Shown: positions 31,001 to 46,000 of the stretch, piece after piece
How positions within the stretch are numbered: position 1 is the stretch's first letter
How the letters are laid out: every line of letters begins with the position of its first letter
Assembly (NCBI RefSeq): GCF_964204645.1
Contig: NC_134030.1
Location: forward strand, 19,056,210-19,120,209
Source of the DNA: Tubulanus polymorphus
Lineage: Eukaryota > Animalia > Nemertea
Length of the DNA stretch: 64,000 bases
Direction: 5' to 3'
Notes under the pieces: model-generated
Told to the model about the DNA's origin: nothing
Database searches by the model: none
Seen by the model: only the letters and a program-made list of their open reading frames with translations
Program-made: the position numbers and the translations under genes

Positions 31001-34000
31001 TCGAAAACTTGAATCGGGAACAACCGAACGCTGTTAGTGGCGAATGTTACATTTTGATTATTCAATCGCAGGTTTCGGGTTTTTGTTCGAAATTTGAGAA
31101 TGTCACGAACTCACTCACATAAAACAAGAGCTCGACTGAAACTGAAAGACGACGAGGGCGCATGCGGGAAAATATAGTCAGTGCCGAAATAAATGCAAGC
31201 ATTTCAGTGAGATTCGTGGCGACGGATTTTCTCGCAGAAAAAGATTTGTTTCTTGAAGTTCCGAGTTTTATTTTGATGATACTTAATATTTCTTCGCAGA
31301 GAATTCGTCACCGCCACCAATCCGAAACCGTGACCCAAATCCGCGATTTAATCATAACCGATAGTTTAGAACGCTTATAGAATAAATTCTAATTCATAAT
31401 TTCTTTTTAAAATTTTTTTTTCTGAATGATTGTTTGTTGTCCGGACTAAAGGTTACGATTAAATCGCCGATTTTCTCGATAAGAGGGCCGATAAATTCGG
31501 GAACAAATAAAAAACCATAAATGAATAACATCTTCTAACGAACGAAAAAAAAAATGGCGCGGACATATCGTTCATACCGAATGACGCGGAAAAGGAAATA
31601 ACGACTGAAACTCGGCAAACATTTCCACACGAACACAAAACATGCAGATTCATAGCTATACTTACAATTCCATTCGCGATTTACTTTAAAAAAATTCAAA
31701 TTCAACAATGAAATATTCGATTAGTTTTCAAAAACCTCGTGTCATGGAATAATAATCAATAGAATTTCTGTTAATTAACCTTTTTAAGGAAACGACACAT
31801 AACTCAAACATTTTTTTTTTTTGAATTAGGGTTTAAATATCGAGTCGAATTAAGTAGTTTTCTAAGTCAATCTATTAATTTTGTAAGTTATTTCCAATCG
31901 AAAAAAATCAAAAATGCACGCTTATTATACAGAACATTCAAGTTAATGTAAGTACTTAATTAAGAAATTAAATTTCACGATCTAAATTAAGTCCTTTTCA
32001 AACTTTAAATTCACAACTGTGGAACTGGAACTGGATATTTCCGATAACCTATCGTAGATCGGACATGAATTTCCAATTACATTCTCCAAAAAGAAAAATT
32101 TCACTTATCGAGATACATTTTTTTCTGTGTTTACCTTGTACAACTAATGAAACGGTGATCTCATCGGCTCCGTGCACGTTGAACGCCCTGCACGTGTAGT
32201 TAGCCGCGTCCGAACTCTCGATTTGTCGGATCTCCAAAGTTCCGTTCGGGAACACGTGAAACCGTTTACCGTTTCGGATCATTTTTCCCCTGAAAAAAAA
32301 AATCACGACAAATGTCAATAATTCGCTTCGATAACGAAATACATGTGTTTTACTAATGAATATATCAGTATTGATTGTGATGATTTCCATTGCGCAATAA
32401 TCTGATACAGTTCAGAAAGCGTTCAGACTCATCGTTTCTGGTATTTTTATCTGTATGTCTCTAAACTCTAACCATGTATCGGTCATCACTACCTAAGAAA
32501 TAGTAACGACCGAGCTGCTAGTGAAAGTAGAGTAATCTACGAGGCAAGGAATGCTTTAACGCCTGGCTGTAGAGAGGCAATGGGGATGTCTTGCCATTAC
32601 GATAATGTATGGGGCTAGAATCGATTGTTTCAGCAAACACTAGGTCTGCGACTTCCACCCGCGTCCATCCATCTGCTTCGAGGGTAATCGAACCCGTTAG
32701 CTTTTGGTATGAAAATGGCAAAAACGAGGTATCAGTTCTATCAAAATCGGGAAGTAAATTTCATGCTATATTTTTCTAAACTCATTACACACAACCTAAC
32801 ACTGGAACACTGCTATCAGCTATATGATGACGAAGAAAAACATGACATATCTGCCTCAGACTATATTTTCGAAGTATTTCTGGATAGAAGGTCTGGATTG
32901 ATTTATGGGGTTTGAAGGTTACTTTGAATGTTAGGGAATTTTGGTGGCCAACCTCATTGAATGTTTGACCATATGAATGCCAGAATGCCGTGTTTGTTTA
33001 CTACAAACTAACGCGAAAAGATACTTGAAAAATCAACTGGAAATGAGATATTTTGTATGTGACAATCAAGGACTTTCCCATGAATTTTCTGCGGTTTAAT
33101 TCAGACTGTTCACAATTCCTGAGTGATGGTGTGTTTCTATAGTCATACTTCACCTATGACAAATTCATTTTGTTGTTTTCTCCGACTTGATCTGCTAAAT
33201 GCGATCAATAAACTCATTCAAAGGGAAACTGTTTGATTTTACATGTGATCTAATAATCCCGACATACTTCCATGACTTTCCCTGACTATAAGCATTTTTA
33301 CAAACTCACATATCTTGATTTTTTTTTTTAAGAAAAGAGAATTCCCTGACTGTTCCCTTACGTCCGGGTAAGTTGTCACCCCGCTATATTGTATTTCCCG
33401 GCAGTAAGAATCGATTGATTAAGATTCTTACTCGAAAATGCGGGACTAGTTCAGTTATAACGACTGAGAAGATGAAAAACTCAATAAACAAAGTGCCTTC
33501 CCTACCTGACTTTCCATTTGATTTTAGGCAGGGGTTCGCCGACCGCCTGACACGGCAAGGTCACCGTTTCCCTCCAGGGACTCATAACGATACTCGAGAA
33601 ACTGGATATCCGAGCGGCGACTGTAAAAACGAGATAAAACGAGAAAATGCGTTAGTATAATCAACTTCAATAAGGCGTATATGTATATCTATATCGTTAT
33701 GATCTGCAGTATATAAAATGAAGGCATTTTCGATTCGAATTGGGTTTTCTTTTTTTTCGAACAATTCGAATCCGGACGAGAATAGAAAATTATACATTCG
33801 AATAACAGCGTATGAACGGTTCGAGTCCCATGTAAAGTATTCGTTGGAATTTAATAATTTTTTTTGGAAATTTTTGAAAAATTTCTCGGAAGAAATTTTA
33901 CGCTCGAATTGCGAGCTACGATTTCGATTTTTGAAATTTGAAAATTTTTGGTTCCTTTTTTTTAAATGAAATTTACCGCTTATTGAAGTTGGTAAACCTA

Positions 34001-37000
34001 AATAGTCGGAAACTTTACAAGGGTGTCGGATATGATTTCTTTTTTAAAGAGGATTTCATTCTGGAAAAACTTGTTAGAAATTTCTAGTTGAAAAAAACAA
34101 ATCCGAACATGTTTGGATGCTACGAACGTTTTCAGATGACGCCCGACAAAATAGTGTTTGGTTGAAATAGCGAAAACAATACTCCTATTATATCCGATAT
34201 ATCAGTAGAACTATTTCTTTTTAGTTTCTCTGGAAGAAATCGTCCATCAAAATCATATCTGCCAAACACCGAACGCTTGATTGCGCTAAACACGGTGCAA
34301 TTTATTACCGAAATGAACATAAAGATTAATACGAAAATAAGCAAGCTTTTAAATGAACGAAATATCGAAAAAAAATCGGGGCCAAATTATCGACAACGTT
34401 TAAACGTTAAGCGACACGACAAACATTTAAGTAAACAGTTATATATATAACATGACTAATATATACATGTATAATAGATACATATAACATAAGTAATGAA
34501 TGACCCTTTTTGTTGTTTTGGGACTGGTCGTTCCCGATACGTACCGTTTTTAACGGGCGTCTGTTTGACGCGACGGGTTTTCGGGCCCTCGCCTCGGATC
34601 GTGCGGGCCGACACGGCGAATATGTACTCGTAGTTCTTCTTCAGTTCGGCGGCTAGGTAACTGATGCGCGCCGGCTCGACGTCGATTTTGCGAAGAATCG
34701 GCTGGAATTGAGACGTAAAGCCGATTGTAGTTATTGACAGTAGTTCCTGGGTTCGGTATCACAAAAAAATAACGGGAACTGTTTCATGTCTGAATCGATA
34801 TTCAGCTACCCTCAGTTCACAGTAAAGCTTACTGCTATTTTGAATCTGCCCCACGGCGCACTGTGTCTCTAGTAACTGATATTTCAGTTTGTCAGGTGCT
34901 GCCATCTTTCAGCAGTGATTTTTAATGGTCGATAACGGCGGGCCACACGCGATATATCAATATTCTTCAATAAGGCCCGAAACATTCGGTTAAATTATAA
35001 TCAGAGGTTACTAAACAGCGATCTATATTCATTCTTCAGAATCAAACAGTACAATCCCGATGACTTCCTCGATTCAGGCAGATTCTATGCACCAACCACC
35101 TTGAAAATGTTATGACTTCCCAATGACTCGACATGGAAGATTTGGCTACGAGTGTTAAAAAAGCCAAAGAAAGCGACGGGTAATTAATTACAAATCGATC
35201 AAAATTAAAGCATACCTTATGTCCTTCGTAATGTGTCATGTATAGTATATAATTAGTGAGAATGCCGTTTTGATGAAGCGGCGGTTTCCAAGACACCATT
35301 ATACTGTCCACACCCATCGGTAACGCCTTGATGTCAGACGGTGTGCCGGGAACTGTCAATCACAAAATCAAAAATGAACGGAACATTATCGAATATCGAA
35401 TTTAAAATACAACCATTGATGTTTGACTGTGTCTGTATTGAACCGATAATATTAAATCTTACGCTAGGAACAAGAGTCATGGGTTGATAACGGGAAAGGT
35501 GGGGGGGGGTGGCCTCGTGTGAGACTCGTACTCGCTTTTTTGAGTGCCCAAAATCTTTTTTGTCGATCAAAGAAAATCGATGCACAACGAGATCGTCTAC
35601 ATTGTGCCATTGTGGACGTCAAAATGCTTTTTGGAATCTGACAAATTCCTTAAAATAGCCTCCGAGTAGGGAGGTGCACCGAATATAGCGTTTTTGATAT
35701 CAAAGTAGCAAAATTATAGGGTGAAGCAGTCGTTTTCAAACAAGCCCTGGGATCCGCCTCTGGAATCTGAAATGTTTTCTCTAGCTAATAGTCAATTCGA
35801 TATTTCGACTGCGATATATCCGAAACGTCAATATCAGGGATATTGATGATGTCGAATAAAACTATCTAGACCATGGAGACAGTCCGGGGTCCACCTTTTA
35901 TTTCTTAGCCTCTGATTTTCTATCGGATATTTGGTTGTCTGACGGTCGTCTTCGTACGTCAGACGTAAGACTCGCGACATTCGACATTAGACGATTACTT
36001 ACTATCTTGTAACGTGCGGATGTATAGCGGTCGACAACGGACGCCCTCGCCCATGCGCGTGTACGCCAAAACCTGCAGACTGTAGTTCGTGAATTTTTCC
36101 AGTCCTTGCAGAATCACTTTCAACTCTTTCGACACGACGAATTGGGCGTCGCTTTCGTCTGTACGACAAGGAGATAAGAAAATACATTTTGAAAATATGA
36201 AAAATTCACCCACGCTCTAGTTAGGAAAATACTGGATATGAAGAGAAAATAAACAACTTCCTTGACGCGTAAAATCCCATAATTGACATAAAAATATCAT
36301 TAAAGAAATCTACCTTTTAGACCGCAGAAGGGCGGTAGTAACCAGCGAAATATTTCTAGTAATTTTAAGTAAACTCTATATTTCAATTCACGAAGGAACT
36401 TTTTAGGATGTTTTTTTTTTCAAATAGAAAACATTTTAAGTGATTCAAATGATTTTTCTCATTCTCCGAATAGTTTTAACATCCCTAATTATCAATTTGG
36501 TTTAAAACGCGATAGAAGACACTAACCTTCGTCTTCACGTACTATTTTATACAGTACTTTATAGCCTTGGAGTACTCCGTGTAGGGTATAAAGAGGCGGT
36601 GGGGACCACATGACCATTATACTGGTCGACGATAGGGCAGTAGCGTGTACTCGCTGCGGCGGCTGACTAGGTACTGAAAATATAAAATAGAGTTCAAAGT
36701 ATTTCTGAAAAAAAAACAGTTTCAATCCAATGGGAATCGTCGTGTAGGCATTTCGAGGGTTAGATCGAAAGGTGACTGTGAAAAATCTAGTTTTGCAAGA
36801 TGGGCAAAATGTCACTTGCCCAAAAATTCATTTCATTGTGTTGCAAGGTAATTGGTTTCTGCATACGTTCACCAGATATCGTTAAATGGTGAAATTACGT
36901 GCTATGAATTGCATTCATATTCGGACATATACCTATTTCGACACCACAAAGTCACTTGCCCTAAGTTCGTAAGTGGTTAATAAGTGATACAGAAATATCC

Positions 37001-40000
37001 GATGGTTAACTTTGACACAAAAACGGATATTCCGTTCAAGATTTGTAAACAAGCAGTAAATGCCTCTTACCGTCCTCTAGAGTTAGAACTCCGACCTCTC
37101 TGGATCTGGGCCCGGCCCCCTTGGTGTTGAACGCTTGGACGTGCACTTCGTACTTGGTGAACTTCTCCAGATTGTTGATGACTTGTTCGGGGATGAAGTC
37201 CTGATCGACGGGTTTAGTAATGTACATGAACGGCCGAGTGCTGTTAAACACTTTATACCCGATATAGTAGCCCTTTATGATTCCGTTTCGTTTGTTAACT
37301 GTGGGTGGCTGAAAATTTGTAAAAATAGCTGTTAAGTTAAAACATGAAGCTTATTCGAAGCTGCTAATTGGGGAAATCGAAGATTGCATTGACTTGAATT
37401 CCGATTTAGAATATTCTAAGAAATGCCGCTGGGATAACGAAATCATTCTCACATAACATGTGAGGATCCGCAAGTGCGCAGTAGGACATTTCCCACAATA
37501 ATCACTAACCTCGAAGTAAACTTTGAGCGACTGTGAGCCCAACGCCTCGACTCGCACGCGTAACGGGGGTCCGGTAGGCGCTGAAACAAGCCAAACGTTC
37601 AATCATTATACCACCAAATTATTTCTACAGCCTTGTCTTTATAGATAATTGTACACAATATTTGAGATGATATCTATATCGAAGTTTAAAACCGGTAAAT
37701 CATTAGTTAGTTTTCGAGGTATAATTTCAACAGTTCTAAAGCAGCCACTTCGTTAGTCAACAGAAATAGATAATTCTGCGGAGATGGATTTCAAAAGTTT
37801 CAAGACATAATATTTCCATAACTTTAATAACTACTTTCAAGAACTATCAGTTTAGAAAACAGTAAAAAAACATATATAAACCATAAATTCTAAGGCGAGA
37901 AATGGTATTGATCTACGTTACGATATCTACATCAAAAAGTAGAAATGTCTTCACACTTACCTTCTTCAGTTGTTGTAGCTGTCAGTACCCTACTCGCCTC
38001 GCCCATTCCAACAGAATTATTAGCAAATATCCTTATATGGAATGTGTATGAGGGATGTAAACCGATGATAGAAGCTCGGGTATGACGCCCGTTCACCGTG
38101 ATATTATGCATCGGGTCGTTCCAGGTACCTGTAATAAAAGTATATGAAAATTAAGAAAAATGAATAGATCCTGGATCTGATCTGATGTTGCTTTATACGA
38201 TTTAGATGAATTCTCGACGCAAGACTTATAATCCAGACAGTTTATGTACAGCCCCTGGATATAGATAAAAACCGTTGATGACGTAATTCGAAATCATAAA
38301 CAAAAAAAAAACCGTTCGTATATCGTTTCACGGTGAGATTTAATCATTTCTCTGGTGTAAGTCTGAACTGATACGGCAGTCGTGTACGATGTCATGTTGC
38401 ATTGTCGATGTTACTCGCCAAACTGAATCTAGAAAATATATATTCTAATTTCGATAGAGAAATCGTTTCTTTTTTCTCGAATAGAAAAAACTTCCTCACA
38501 AATACACAAATCTTAAAAACGAACGAACTAAATCATTCATTAGGACCCGGGACCGAATTTTCAACGATCGTGATTAAGAACTGTAATTAGTTTAGAACTG
38601 GTTTATTCACTCCGGGTCAATACAGTTCCTTGTTTAATTAATCTAAGTGAGTTCTAAAGTTTTCAGCCTAATATTTCTAGCGTTGCGCGGGCTTGATTTG
38701 AAACCTTTGCGCTATATAGTGTGGGTTTGATTTCACTCCGTACCCAATTGTATACTTGTGGGGATTCAATTTTGCTCTGGGCCCGGTTCCACAGTCGTGT
38801 GGATTTAACTTAACATTGTCAACACCAGTCAGTTGTTTTAAGTTAACACCTTACATACTCTGTTCAACTCCTAAATGAAGTGCTCATAAACCTTTTGTAA
38901 AAACATTACATTTGGTTTGAAACCACCTTAAAGCATCACCCAGAACCTGAACTTAACTTAGATATAATGAAAACTTAACTTAGACATAATGAAAATGTAT
39001 AATATATGTATAAATAATTCCATAGTTACAATAAAATGAAATTGGATTGAATTGATATGTACCAAGTTCTACCGTGTGGATTTAGTTTGGCATTCGAACC
39101 ATTTCAAAGGTGTCAGGGTAATTCGACTTTGAACCGGTAATCGAGATTCTGCGGGTTTAATTTGACTGGGGTACGGGAAGTACGTAAGGCATCTTAGTCA
39201 TTGCATACGTAGCATCGGACGACTTTATGTAAATGAGATTGCCAGGCAAATTTTCACCCGCAGAAATAAGGCGCCTAATGACGTCGAAACCGAGGCGGCT
39301 CGATTTGATATTCAAATTAATCGTTATTCGATCGAATTTTAACGGTCGTCGCCGGAATCAAACATCGGGACTTAGATCCCGTTTTAAGTGAAAATTTACA
39401 AAAATCTTCCTGAAAACCCATTGCAATGATTAGATTTCCAATTCAACGCCATTATTAACTGATGCAGATATACACCCGTTATGGACCGAATTATTTTCTA
39501 GGGCTAAACGTCAATCTCTTGAATGTTCCAGAATTTGGCCTTTGATATGATTTGGGTTGGGAGTGGAAATCGAACGTTTCTTTCCAACGGTCAAATTTCT
39601 TTATTATAAAATGCAATTGGTCCAACCCTGTTCAATGTTTCTATGCGCTTCATTGAACCATACTTAAATCATTTAAGATGCCCAAAACCTAGACTCATGC
39701 AGAACCAGTTCCTATCTGCTATAGAACGAAAAAAAAGAAACAAAAACAAAAACGCTCATCTAACGTGAAAAAAAAAAAACGTTTCAGCTCGGAACTTTCA
39801 CGTAGTTATGAACTGTTGTTTTCATCAGCGACTCAACCGAAAATTAGAGTTAAAATTTTCCTGAAGCTAAGACCTAAATCCCCCTGCGAAACTCCCCAAA
39901 GCACGATTTTAAATTCAGAATTCTGATCATATAACTTCCTATTATTCGATGAGTTTTAGTTATGAACTGTTTTCTTCATCAGCGCGACTCAACCAAATTT

Positions 40001-43000
40001 TCCAGAGCCTGAACCCGTGGTTGAAAAAGACCCTAATCCCTGAGAAAATACGGTTTTAATTTCAGAATTCTGATCATTATTACTTTCGATTATTCGCCGA
40101 TTCTTACCGCTCGAGTTTTTATACTGCACGATGTATTGCGTAATGACGGCGTTACCGTCGAACGCGGGTCTCCACGAAACCTCCACACTCCGAGATGTCG
40201 TTTGCTCCACGTTCACGTTAGTGGGCGCTTCCGGTCGCTCCAGCACCACCAAGCGGATCATCAACGAATCATGCCCGAACGCGTTCTGCGTCGTGCACAC
40301 GTAAAATCCCGTATCGTCTCGTACGGCCGGCGAGATTTTCAGGTGAGAGCTTTTGCCCTGTTTCGTGTACAAGGTGGTGACGGTTAAACGGCGGTTGTAC
40401 TGCCAGGGTAGGTTCTCGCCGTTGAAACTCCACCCGACCGATATCGGACGGTCGCCGATCGCGTAACAGTCGATCGTGATGTTGTGACCCTTCATCACCG
40501 TGTAGTTCTTCTCGGTCTCGTCGAATCTCGCGGGAACTGAATGAAAAACAACCGTACGGTATTAAGATCGAAATATCAATTGATATAGATGACAATTTTT
40601 GAGTAAGAAAGGACAGTTACTGCGGGAACTGTCGAAGGAACAGTTACCACGGGCATTGGTAAAGGGACAGTTTATTGCATGCATTAAGGTAGGGACACAA
40701 TACCTATTGAGAAAGGGTAACTTAATGTTGGCATTTTGGGAACGCACGCTTGTCAAGGGCATTTACGAAGAGACAGCTAATGAGGCTCTTGGAGATAGAT
40801 ACACATAGTGTATTCATGGCACACTGAGTGAAGAACTGTTTGATGGTGGGGTATTCCCGACCACTGTAGATCAACGACACTTGCTGCTGACGTGAAAGAA
40901 CGTTTTGCGGAGACAAAGAGGATGGCTTTTCAGTGAAACCGTCTACACCTAGCGGACACTGTTAAGCAAGGGGCATTATAGGCATTGAGAGTCAGGGTCA
41001 GGGTGGATATTAGAATTCGGGTAATCAACTACAGGGCAGTTAGGGTCAGGGATTGACCATGACGATGACGATGATCTCTAGGGTGAGATCGAACGTCGTG
41101 TCTTATATATATTTTAGATTGAATAAATAAATTCTTGTTTTTAAATTCTTTTAATCAGTAAATAGTGGGTTTTTATCTTATTATCCGTTCAGCACGTTTG
41201 AGTGTGGTTATCGTTCTATTGACACTTACTGTGCACGGTTAGGAACACCACTTTACTGAGACCGGCTCCGATGTTATTACTCGCGTGACACAAGTAATAA
41301 CCGTGATCTCTCTCTCGGGCTGAACTGATTACCAGGGAACCATTGGGCAGAACGGTGACCCTGCTGTCGTCTAAATCCTGACCAATCACCTTATAGTTGC
41401 TCGGTTCATCACCTTTACAAATACAAATATATAAAGCCAATTATTACGAGCCTGATATTACAAGCTCTGCTTTCCTCTGGTTGCCCTGCGCTGTTATTTT
41501 ACATCAGTTTACATATATTTTGTATGAATCAAATTAATTACCTATTGTAATTGTGACTGGTATTTATTTATTGATGTAAATTATTCAGGAAAAAAATAAA
41601 TAATAAAAATGATAATTAATAAATCGAGGCTTTTCCAGATCGGTCCGGGGCCAGAGTTAACCAGTTGGTTAGAGTTAACCAGTGGATAGTTGAAAAAGAT
41701 GACAATTAAAAAGATCATCGTTACTAGCGTATTTATCTGCCGGTTATCTTTAACCAACTTTTAAGCAGCTTGTCCGATGAATATGAATCTATTTCAAATT
41801 GATTTAGTTATAAATCTATTTATACGGGAGGTGAATGGAATATACCTTTAGCCTTCTTCCAGATGATCTTTGGTTCAGGGGTTCCCGTCGTTTGGCAGTC
41901 CAAGGTTACGCTTTTGTCCAACACCACGTACGAGTCATCGGGTTCGACCACCCAGCGCGGAGGAACTGTAACAGAAAACGAAACGGACACATTCAAAACG
42001 CAATTCTCAATATTTCAATATTCACTCGATAGATCCGTTCAAAAGAATAAAAACGTAAGAACGATATCTGAGAATATGAACGATCGAACACTTCGTGAAT
42101 GTCAATTCAGATTGCAACGGCTCTAAATTACGGATAAGATTTCGTTGTTTAACTTAAGGCCTGTTTTGTTGCGTCAGAAAAACCAAAATGAGCTAAAGAC
42201 TATTCATTAGTTGATAGGCTATAAAACGAAATGAGTTTAGACTGGTCATAATTGTAGTAAGATTTAGCTCAAGGAGAAAATTTTAAAAATCCTAAACTAC
42301 TCTCACATTGTAAGTTTAACTCAAGTCATTTTACACTAACGCAGGCTTGCGGTGCCAATTTTCACGTGGGCTGGTGGTTCTCAAAGCGCTCGGAACAGCT
42401 GTTTTTTTTTTAAAGTCAAATGTAAGGAGGACCAATTTCAAGGCTCCTCAAAGTACATCGCCGTATTTTGTTAAAAAGTAACCTTGAAAGAGATTTATGA
42501 GCAAAAGAATTCCTTTCTTCTAAGTACAGAGATATAAACGATGATTGTGCAATAAGGGACGTGTTTCTGAGGATCCACGTATATCTTCCATTCAGAACCG
42601 ATTCTATTGAAGATCTGCGAACAAACTTTCACATTAAAGTCGTTTTAATTTCTACGATTTACGTAAAGTTCTACGCACAATGGCATTAACGTCTCGGAGA
42701 CACGCGTCGACTGACAGCCGTAACAACGTCACAATCAGCGCCAGCGTTACTCAACGTATAACGCCGTTCGCGCGAGTGATATAGTGACGTTAATTTGGCG
42801 TTTTTCTTATTTTCCGTTCGCGTAATTAAAACTCGTAAAATTTAATTAATGGCGTTAATTTAAACTTAGGATGTTTTAATTCGGCGTCGGGTTCAAAGCG
42901 ACGTATCGATTTAGCAGCGCGTTAGACAGATAGCGGAGACGGGGAGGTATGGCTTGGCGGGTCGTCACGTCCCCGGGGGTGACGTTGCCGAGAGTAATTG

Positions 43001-46000
43001 TCTAATTAATGGATGATTCAGACGCGCGGATCATTTAACAAATCACTCGCATATATCGGCGCGCGATTAAACTGTTTAAAATCTAATCAATTTCCGTGAA
43101 AAAGTCAGGACGGAATTTCTATCGAGAAATGATCGCGCAGAAATCGGTAAAGTTGAAACTCGAACGAATGGAAAAGTACAAACTAAAAAATGAATTTCCC
43201 AGGGTTGGATTTTTTCGAATCAGCAACCCGGACCCAGTTCGACAGTAATGCGAGTTGAACTTTGACTCCGAGTCAACTCATTTCAAATGAACTGATTTTT
43301 ACCCGGGGCTAACTCTTAAGCCCAACGCGCACGACGCGGAACACAGGGAACATGTTAGATAACTTTGTTTCCAGAAACTATTTTTCACGCAATACAAAAA
43401 CATGCTCTGTTTCCATGTTTCCTGTGTCATGTGCGTTTGGGCTCAACTACTATCCGTGGAACTAATATAATGAAACGAGTAGTACTGAATAGGTTAACAA
43501 TGTATTTGACGCACGAGCTTTCGCTACTAATGAATAGAAGCTTCATCAGGTGAATGAGAGAGGAAGCGTCTATATATTAGTAGCGAAAGCTCGTGCATCA
43601 AATAAATTGTTAACCTATACAGTGCTACTCGCCTGGTTGTGTATATTTACGCCCAGGTTAACACGGCTCCTAGTCTACGAATCCACTCAACGGTGGAACT
43701 GTGGATCTCGAGGGATAATAATGAGTTACAAATATACACGAAAGCATTGTTTGTTCGTTTTTGAAACAGGCGGATTATTGAAATCTTTCCGCCGCGCATT
43801 TTAATCCCTGTTTTACAGTCACTATTCACCAGCGGTAGATACGATATAGACCTCATCGCTGATGCTAGTATCATTGAATTTATTCGCACAAAAATCAGAT
43901 ACGAGTCGGATAATTGTTTTCGACCGCAATCTGTGCTTGATAATCCTTGCATTGATAGCAAAATGACAGTGTTAGTAGCCTCTAGCTGCCCTGGAGATAA
44001 GAATATAAATAGCTGTACGTATAATAATGCTGAACTGGCACGCGACTGGTGTGGGTCTATTTTTGTAGGCGGCATCATTTGAAAATATCGAAATTTGGAA
44101 AAAACGATTTCAGTTTAAGATCGTTGTCCAATTTAGCAATACTACGTGTCTGTTTGCCTCGTGCAAACAGTAACAAAAGAAGTGTGTTGTGAGTGATGTA
44201 AATATCGTCAAATTAAGGCTAAGTTTGCTTGGTGTTAAACTGCTGGAAAGTTCTGTTCTCCAAAAATTGTTTCATAGGCAAAATTCAAATTTCAACAGGC
44301 GACGATGTTATTCAGTTTGAAATGGGTAATTCTGGCGATGATGGTATACGCCTACTCAATCAACGGGTAAAACAGAAATCTACGTTTTTCGTAGTACTAG
44401 TCTTTTTGAAAAAGAGTTACGCGCGCCTTAGTGAAAAGCGAATATACAGGGCGAAACGCAATTTGCGGGTATTGTTCGTTTGAGCGACTCCATCTTGTCG
44501 AAGTGCACTTCAAACGACCTGGAATCCGAGCTAAATTCGAAAAATAGATTAACAAAAACTACAAAAACGACGTCGATTGTTGCAATCAATACGCGGGGTT
44601 GCGTGGTAACGACGTACTATCGTCGAACGCTTTGTAGTTCATCTGTTTTGAAGATGGTTTCCTATTTAACCCGGGCACAAACAAACTTTGATTAGAAAAC
44701 CCACTCGGACCTGTTTATCTTTTTTTTCCCCGCATGCCATGCCGAGATTTTAAACGAAAAATCGAGCGCCGTGGGAACGACCAGCCGTCGCTCGTTCCAA
44801 TCGGTCACAACCCGGTGGTGATGATAATGATGACGTAATCACTCGGCAACGAACGCCGCTACGGTTCGACGCGCGTCACCGATCCAAAGAAACGATTTTC
44901 TTTTTTTTAAATTACGGTTCGCAGGTCATTAACAAGCGATGGATCGGTGAACCCGGAATTCAAGAAATACCGGAGTAAACGTCCTTTTCGCTCGTCGAAC
45001 ATGGCGAGACCTCAACCCAAACGCGAGCTCAAAGGAAAGCGATTTTCACGAAGTATGTTCCGTCATCGCGAGCAAGTTGAAAATATTGAGGCGTAAATAA
45101 TCTACGCGAAGAATTGCGTAAAAATCCTGCAACATATTTTGCACGGCCCTCATTTACACAGCCTCTCGTGTGGGTGAGTGCGAAGGCGCAACTCATTAGG
45201 CGTGAAGCCCAGTTGGGGAGTTCCCCGAGTACATTTTGAGAATTTGAATAGATTTAGATGCTTGCCCTGCTGAAGTCAGTGAATATCTCATATAACAAAG
45301 TCAATGAAACATAAATGTAATCTATTCAATTTTCGTTGAATATAGAAATAGCGGAACGGGATCTCATCTCTATAGATGCAATTGTTAACTGTGAAATTAT
45401 AAGCAATTGTTAACTGTGAAATTATAAACATATACCGTTAAGAGGAGGGGGTGATTAAGTCCAGGCACGTGTAAAATCTAGTCCACGTTTCAGCGTGAAG
45501 TTTTAGATTTAACGCTCGCATTAGACGCCACGAGCACCTGAGCTCGGCACCTGCACAATCGAATCAGCTACGGGGAAAGTACATCAGCATCAATGAATAC
45601 TGGGGAATGGTCCTGTGGCAAGCGAGCACCCACTTTAGGTGTGTATGCAATCGATGATTCGTAATATATTTCTCCCTGATTTCATTGTTCTGCTTTTTTC
45701 CGGGTATAATGAACAGGGGCCGGTTGCTCAAAAGTTGGTTACAGTTAACCAGTGGATAGTTGACATAGTGACGATTAAAAGTTCATTTTTGCTATAGTAT
45801 TCATCCGCCGGTTATCTTTAACTAACTTTTGAGCAACTGGCCCCTGAATTTTATGATTCGACTTTTGGAAATTGGAGAGTCTCCAGGTGTCACTAGTGTG
45901 CAGTCGGCTCTTATTATGTAATACAATTGTAAATACTTCTTGATGTCCCTCTGTATACCTCTCGTTGAGGTGATGAGTGTACTTACGAGGGACATTAAGA

